Shown here piece by piece: positions 56,880 through 64,000 of a DNA stretch of 64,000 nucleotides. The stretch's first letter is position 1. Each line of letters opens with the position of its first letter. A program made the position numbers and the translations under genes. The DNA is taken from assembly GCA_964016885.1 (NCBI GenBank), contig OZ024742.1:326492001-326556000 (forward strand), read 5' to 3'. The notes beneath the pieces were generated by a model. The model did no database searches. It had not been told where the DNA came from and saw only the letters and a list, made by a program, of their open reading frames with translations. This DNA is from Eledone cirrhosa (lineage: Eukaryota).

Positions 56880-57150
56880 GTAGGTAAACTCTTCAAATAT
56901 CGGTCGCTCTCCGACAGGTTTGCAGTCGAGCCCGTGGCAGTGACGACATCTGGTGTCTTTGGCCCCAGGGCCATCTCCCTGCTCACCACTATCGGCACAG
57001 AGCTAGGTACTCGCATGTGAGAGTCTCGCGAGCTGGTATGGCTTTTCCAGCGCGTTTTTCCTCCCCATCCTGGGAAACGCTTTCTCCATTCAGTCCGCCG
57101 GTAGTATGGGAGCGGCCAGCATGTGAGACCCCATTTGTTCATAATAGTGA
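56880..57150 (+). mobile_element. Second CRE-clade 3' fragment in the NCS intron
   Basis: Hand translation KLFKYRSLSDRFAVEPVAVTTSGVFGPRAISLLTTIGTELGTRM*ESRELVWLFQRV..LGNAFSI. Confidence 0.8.
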
Positions 57151-57501
57151 GAGATGAGGAGAGTGGGAGTTTGGTTCTTTTGTGCCCGGTCCTTGTGTAT
57201 GTGTATATGTTTCACAGACACAAACTCGTGTAATAATATAAAATTAGAACTATTATAATTAGTCTCTTTCGTGGGAAATTGTGATTCTCCGATGCATAAC
57301 AATAAACAAACCTATTCTAGTTAATGACATAGAGGTGACGAATTTTAGGAGCTTCAGCCGTCATATTACACGGTTTCTATATATATATATATTGACACAT
57401 AAATGTGCCTGCATAAATATATTACATTCAAAGTCACCCATACCGACAGTCAAAATATTTCTAAAATGTTTTCTTTTGTTTTCTTTTTCTTTCTTTTATA
57501 G

Positions 57502-57687
57502 GCAATTTATGAAATGTTAGGATGTACAGATAGTCAAGAACCACCAGAAAAACGTACGGAAAGTATCTTTCATAAAATGGACGTGAATAACGACGGAGTA
57601 TTGTCTAAAGAAGAGTTCATTACTGGCTGTTTGGATGATGATGACCTGCGTCAAATGTTAACAGTCGATGCTATTTGTCCGCCATGA
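57502..57687 (+). CDS. Neuronal calcium sensor coding exon 3 (AIYEMLG...TVDAICPP*), EF4
   Basis: Polypyrimidine tract + tag acceptor at 57501; translates by hand to AIYEMLGCTDSQEPPEKRTESIFHKMDVNNDGVLSKEEFITGCLDDDDLRQMLTVDAICPP-TGA; spliced product 37+91+61=189 aa, typical NCS length. Confidence 0.96.
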   Translation, partial: AIYEMLGCTDSQEPPEKRTESIFHKMDVNNDGVLSKEEFITGCLDDDDLRQMLTVDAICPP

Positions 57688-57779
57688 CGGAACAAAGCTT
57701 AAAAATGTTTTCTTTTTTTTTTTCATTTTTTTTTATTGGTTTTGGTCAAGAAATAGAAGAAAAATAACAACATCTACAC

Positions 57780-58354
<575 letters not shown>

Positions 58355-58765
58355 GCAAAATTGAAAAAATAATATTATAATGATTTAATGATAATGATAA
58401 TATATTGATATAATTATAATAATGATAAAGATATCCGTAAACAAAAAGGATTTTTTAATTTTCATTCTTTGCAGTTTAAATGACTAAGAATTTCTTTCTT
58501 TAAAAAACAATTCCATCTTGAGAGAAAAATCCATTTTTTAATAAATTCATGAGAGTTGCCTCCCCTTAATAGAGTAGATCTTTTTTCTTTTATGTAACTA
58601 TTTGAAGATAGTAACCATTAATTTAAATTTTTGTTGTTTTAAATTTTATTGTTTTCATTTATTTCAATTTATCATTTTTTTTGTATTTTTAAAATGTAAT
58701 TATCATTGTGAAGCTGTTTTACATCAGTTTGTTTTCGAAAACTTATTATAATCACAGAATAAAAG

Positions 58766-58825
<60 letters not shown>

Positions 58826-59247
58826 TCACACACATATATATATATACATATTTGGTTTTTTTAATATTCTAATCATAAAGACGAAAGCATAAATAACATT
58901 ATTATTAAAGGGCAATAAAACCGAAATACTTAAACATATAGTTACTTCTCTAACGTATCTCTGCTGAATTTTTCATAGTGCATTCTTTCAAGCAAAAAAT
59001 GTGAAAGCAAAGATTTCTTCTTTTAAATATATACATTTATTATATACTTTTTCTTATATATATATACACTAATTATACACAATTTTTATTTACTTTAAAT
59101 ATTCTATACCTACTTTATAACACTGAGATGGTTAATTTCAAAATTTCTATAGCATAAAATTTCCAAATACAGTGACACCGATTTTTGTTTTTCTAGTAAT
59201 CAAGGCATAATATTACAATTAATCAGTCTGTTTACCATATTCAGATT

Positions 59248-59289
<42 letters not shown>

Positions 59290-61040
59290 AAAGAGCTCAA
59301 TTTGAAAAGGGAATAGAATACAGTAGTATGAAACTTATAGATAAGGTTATGTCTCCAGAAATTTGATGACACCCTAATTTTTTCCTCTCTTTTTTCGTTT
59401 GTTTTCTGGGTTTTTTCCACGGGTTTTACGTGAAAAATCTATGAATCATATGTTATTTTTATTGTTTATTCTAACATTCCCCACCAAAACACTGCTGTTG
59501 GTTGATATTAGACATTCTAAGCACATATTTGAGAAGACGAAAAACCAGCAACATTCCACTAATAGGATTAAAACCTTATATTCTTTACATGCTCAGTGAC
59601 CGCATTATAGACTCCGCAAAGCAGCTGGCATTCCGTCATTTGAAATCAGTCCGAATTATATAAATTATATAAATTTATTATATAGAGAAGCAAACTAAAT
59701 AAACATATATATTGTTACCAAAGATATGCAATTTAATAGATAACATAGATTTAACATATATAGTTCCAAAATATACTACCTAATTATATAACTTTCTATA
59801 TTAAAGTACTTATTAAAATGTATTATTATATTTAATTGCATATAATACTGAATTAAATGGACATATATTTAATAGCAATTATACAAAATAAATATAAGTA
59901 CCAAAATATATGTAGGTGATAATTATGTAAATTTAATTTTTATATTTCATGATTAAATAATTATACATGATAGTAATTATATAAAATCATCATATATAAT
60001 ACCTCATTTTATACTTATTATATATAGTACCTTATGTTATGTATTTATTATATATAGTACGTAACTATATAAATGTATTATATATAGTATTTAAATACAT
60101 AGATTTATTACATGTACAACATAACTGTATAAATATATTATATATTGTGCCTAAGTAAATTTTGGTTCAGTTACTTTACATAATTATATCAAAACAGACA
60201 TTTATTGGTAGACGGACTCGATACTGGTGGTCGAATAAAATTTATCTAGTAAAAGCTTGGGCTCATGGGAACTCCATGATTCACTTTCTGTAGCTTACTC
60301 AATCACTGAATAAAGCTATGGAAGATAGAAATACATGGACGTCGTCAACACAAGCGATATATTATATAGGTGTATATATTTATTATATATAATTATGATA
60401 ATTGGAGTTGTTTGTAATGAAGGCGATTCATGATATGACCACAAATGTAGTCGCTAGTCATGTGACGTATACGGAATAGAAATCCTATATTGAGATCTGT
60501 TGCTCTCTTCTGTTTTCAACATAACGATTACAATTTGTCTAATTAATATTTCTTTAAAATATTAGCAGTTAATTTCATGATTGAACTGCGGTTGTTTCTT
60601 TATACATTATTTTCTTTATTTTTTCGATTTTTGCATTTGTTATTTTTTTTTATTTTTTGTTATGTCTATTAAACACAAAATAACATATTAGAAGAACTGA
60701 TGAATGTTAAGCTTGTTATTATTGTCTTATACACTAACATAAGCTGGGGCGCTGTATTATAATTACATTTAAATTTTAGGCAGTAAAGTTTCCATACATT
60801 CACATAATTACAGACAGCCATACACAAATATATACGCAAATATATACACATATATATACATATGTATGTTATATATAAACATATATATATATATATATAT
60901 ATTTATATAAACATATATATATATATATAATGTATATGTATGTATATATACATACATATACATATACATAAATATATATATATACATATATACATATATA
61001 TACCGTATATATACATATATACATATATATATATATATAC

Positions 61041-61100
<60 letters not shown>

Positions 61101-61307
61101 TGCATTTTGAAATTAAAGTCATGTGAGAAAATTATGAATAAATCTTTTGTTACACAGAATTGTGTGGCCTAAGGATAAATAAATTAAACTTCTGTTGTTA
61201 CTTTTTGTTTTTTGTGCTTTTCAATGTCTTTCTTTTTCATTTTTATTAATACTTATATATATATTTGTGTATATATATATGTATATATGTGTATGTGTAT
61301 GTACGTA

Positions 61308-61354
<47 letters not shown>

Positions 61355-61361
61355 ACATACA

Positions 61362-61485
<124 letters not shown>

Positions 61486-61487
61486 TA

Positions 61488-61555
<68 letters not shown>

Positions 61556-61629
61556 CATATATATATACATACATATATATATATTTATACATACATGCAT
61601 ATATATATCTATATATTTATACATACATG

Positions 61630-61709
<80 letters not shown>

Positions 61710-61715
61710 CATACA

Positions 61716-61781
<66 letters not shown>

Positions 61782-62259
61782 CATACATGCATATATATAT
61801 GCAGAAATGTGTATCTATATATACATGCAAAAATATATATACTTAGATGTTTTAGTATTTTTAAATTATTATTTTTATTGTATTTTTTTGTAGTTTATTT
61901 TTATTTATTTTATCTATATATTTACAAATATGTCCCACATTCAAAACTGACTTACTGTGACACAGCTAAGGTAGCCTTTATTTCAACTCTGACAAAGCTG
62001 TCCCTCTATAAACAGTACAATGTGTTTACTGGAAAATCACATTAAAATGTGACTTCTTTAAACATGGTATTTTTAGACTTTCAGCTTCCCAGCCCAAGGA
62101 TTATTTCTGCACTTCAAGCATCGTATTGTGATCCTATTTTAAAAAATACGTCCTTTTAAATACTATTTATAGGCATTTGTTTAATTTTTTATTTTTTTAT
62201 TTGTGTATCGTATTTGTGTGTATATCAAACACACACATACACACAAATATATATATATG

Positions 62260-62357
<98 letters not shown>

Positions 62358-63145
62358 CTATACAAATCAAAGATTACAGGGTAAAAAGTGAAAATGAAAA
62401 AGAACAGGGGTATAATTCAAAATTATATTTTCTTTAATCCGATAGAATAAACATTTTATGATTTTTACATTAAATAGATTTAAACTTCATCAGTTGTTAC
62501 CGATTTCAATTTGTATATCAACCTTAAAAAATATCAAACAACTTTGTTCACGTATTCTGGGGGATTTAGAACATACGTCCTAATTGTCCACAGAATATGG
62601 GAACAAAGTTATTTTAATATTTGATAAAATTGGCATACCAGTCGAAACCGGTAACATTTGACAAAACTTAAATCCATTTAATACAACAATTATAAAATTA
62701 TTTATTCGGTCAGATTAACGAAGATATAATCTTTAAAATATATCACTGTGTATTTTCCTGTATATTTGTGAAATGATTACATCTAGAAAGCACTAATCCC
62801 GAGAAGATACATATATATAATATAAGTAGACAGTAAGTTACACGAATACACCGTTGACCATACAAGAAGTAATGGCATTTATTACATAACGTTTACATAT
62901 GTTTCATTATTTGTGAAATTATTACATCTGAAAAGCACTAATCCCGAGAAGATATATATATATATAATAAATCCAGATTATAATTTACTTTTGAAATACG
63001 TGAAATATTTTACCTTTTCTACTATTCACATAACATTTTAAATACTTAACATTTACACTTATTGCTTCGGAATTCTCTAATATCAGATATTATGAAACAG
63101 CCTTCCTCTTCCATTCTCTCTCTCTCTCACTCTCTCTCTCTCTCG

Positions 63146-63176
<31 letters not shown>

Positions 63177-63184
63177 ACTCTCGC

Positions 63185-63325
<141 letters not shown>

Positions 63326-63349
63326 CTCTCTCTCACGCATACACACACA

Positions 63350-63380
<31 letters not shown>

Positions 63381-63652
63381 TTTATCCTTCTTAAGATTTC
63401 TGGGCACTCACACTCTTGTCCATCCCCTGCAATAAAACTGAAATAAAATCCTTTTAACAATATTCGTACACACACACACACACACACATATATATACACA
63501 CATACACACATTATATATATATATATATGTGTGCGTGCGCGTGTGTGTGTGTGTGTATTCGTGTGCATACACACACATACAATTTATGTATATATTCTTC
63601 AATGAAAACAAACATTTACAAAACTACGCACTCAGACAGCAATGAAAAAACG

Positions 63653-63799
63653 CTGACACATTAGATCCACATTGGACTCTACCAATCACTGACACATTAG
63701 ATCCACATTGGACTCTACCAATCACTGACACATTAGATCCACATTGGACTCTACCAATCACTGACACAATAGATCCACATTGGACTCTACCAATCACTA
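63653..63799. repeat. 36-bp minisatellite, 4 copies
   Basis: ctgacacattagatccacattggactctaccaatca x4. Confidence 0.95.
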
Positions 63800-64000
63800 T
63801 ATGTTCCAGAAATACTACATTAACTATAAATTTCAAATGTTTCGGGACACAATGTAATTTTCTTTATATTCGAATTTTAAGACCTACCGTAAAATACCAT
63901 GTTTGTATTTAAATATATATGCGTGTGTGCATGCGCGTGTATGCATATATATTTATGTATATTATGTGTGTATGTGTGTGTATAATAAGTAAGTGTATTC

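Noticed and set aside
62480-62665. Hammerhead-like strings (GAAACCGGTA; CTGATGA on minus)
   Set aside because: Core too degenerate (TTGATAA) or halves in an order leaving no stem I; at most a decayed relic.
63653-63799. 36-bp repeats as a CRISPR array or repeat protein
   Set aside because: Contiguous tandem units with no spacers, eukaryotic context, no flanking coding signal.

Overview
AT-rich, microsatellite-saturated animal genomic DNA; the SINE types and (TA)n/(CA)n load suggest an octopod cephalopod (inference). The only supportable host gene is a + strand neuronal calcium sensor (NCS-2/neurocalcin-like, 189 aa) with three coding exons (40185-40295, 44870-45142, 57502-57687), missed as a whole by the ORF track. 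Its second coding intron holds a non-autonomous Gypsy-type LTR element nested in an RTE relic, a near full-length decayed Tx1/L1-clade LINE ending in (GATA)n, and a CRE-clade fragment. The rest is tRNA-headed Nin/Deu-domain SINEs, MITEs, a Helitron relic and a 3.3-kb 55/58-bp minisatellite. The most striking unexplained signal is a swarm of short non-coding elements sitting in (TA)n tracts that carry type I hammerhead ribozyme motifs (about a dozen motifs in at least 6 sequence families). These include a perfect fold-back encoding a hammerhead on both strands, a U4A core variant and a long-stem-II variant. They occur alongside about nine fold-back palindromes and a related-architecture element carrying a full tRNA-like cloverleaf instead of a hammerhead. 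This fits non-autonomous Penelope-like/retrozyme biology. All folds were read by eye and activity is untested.
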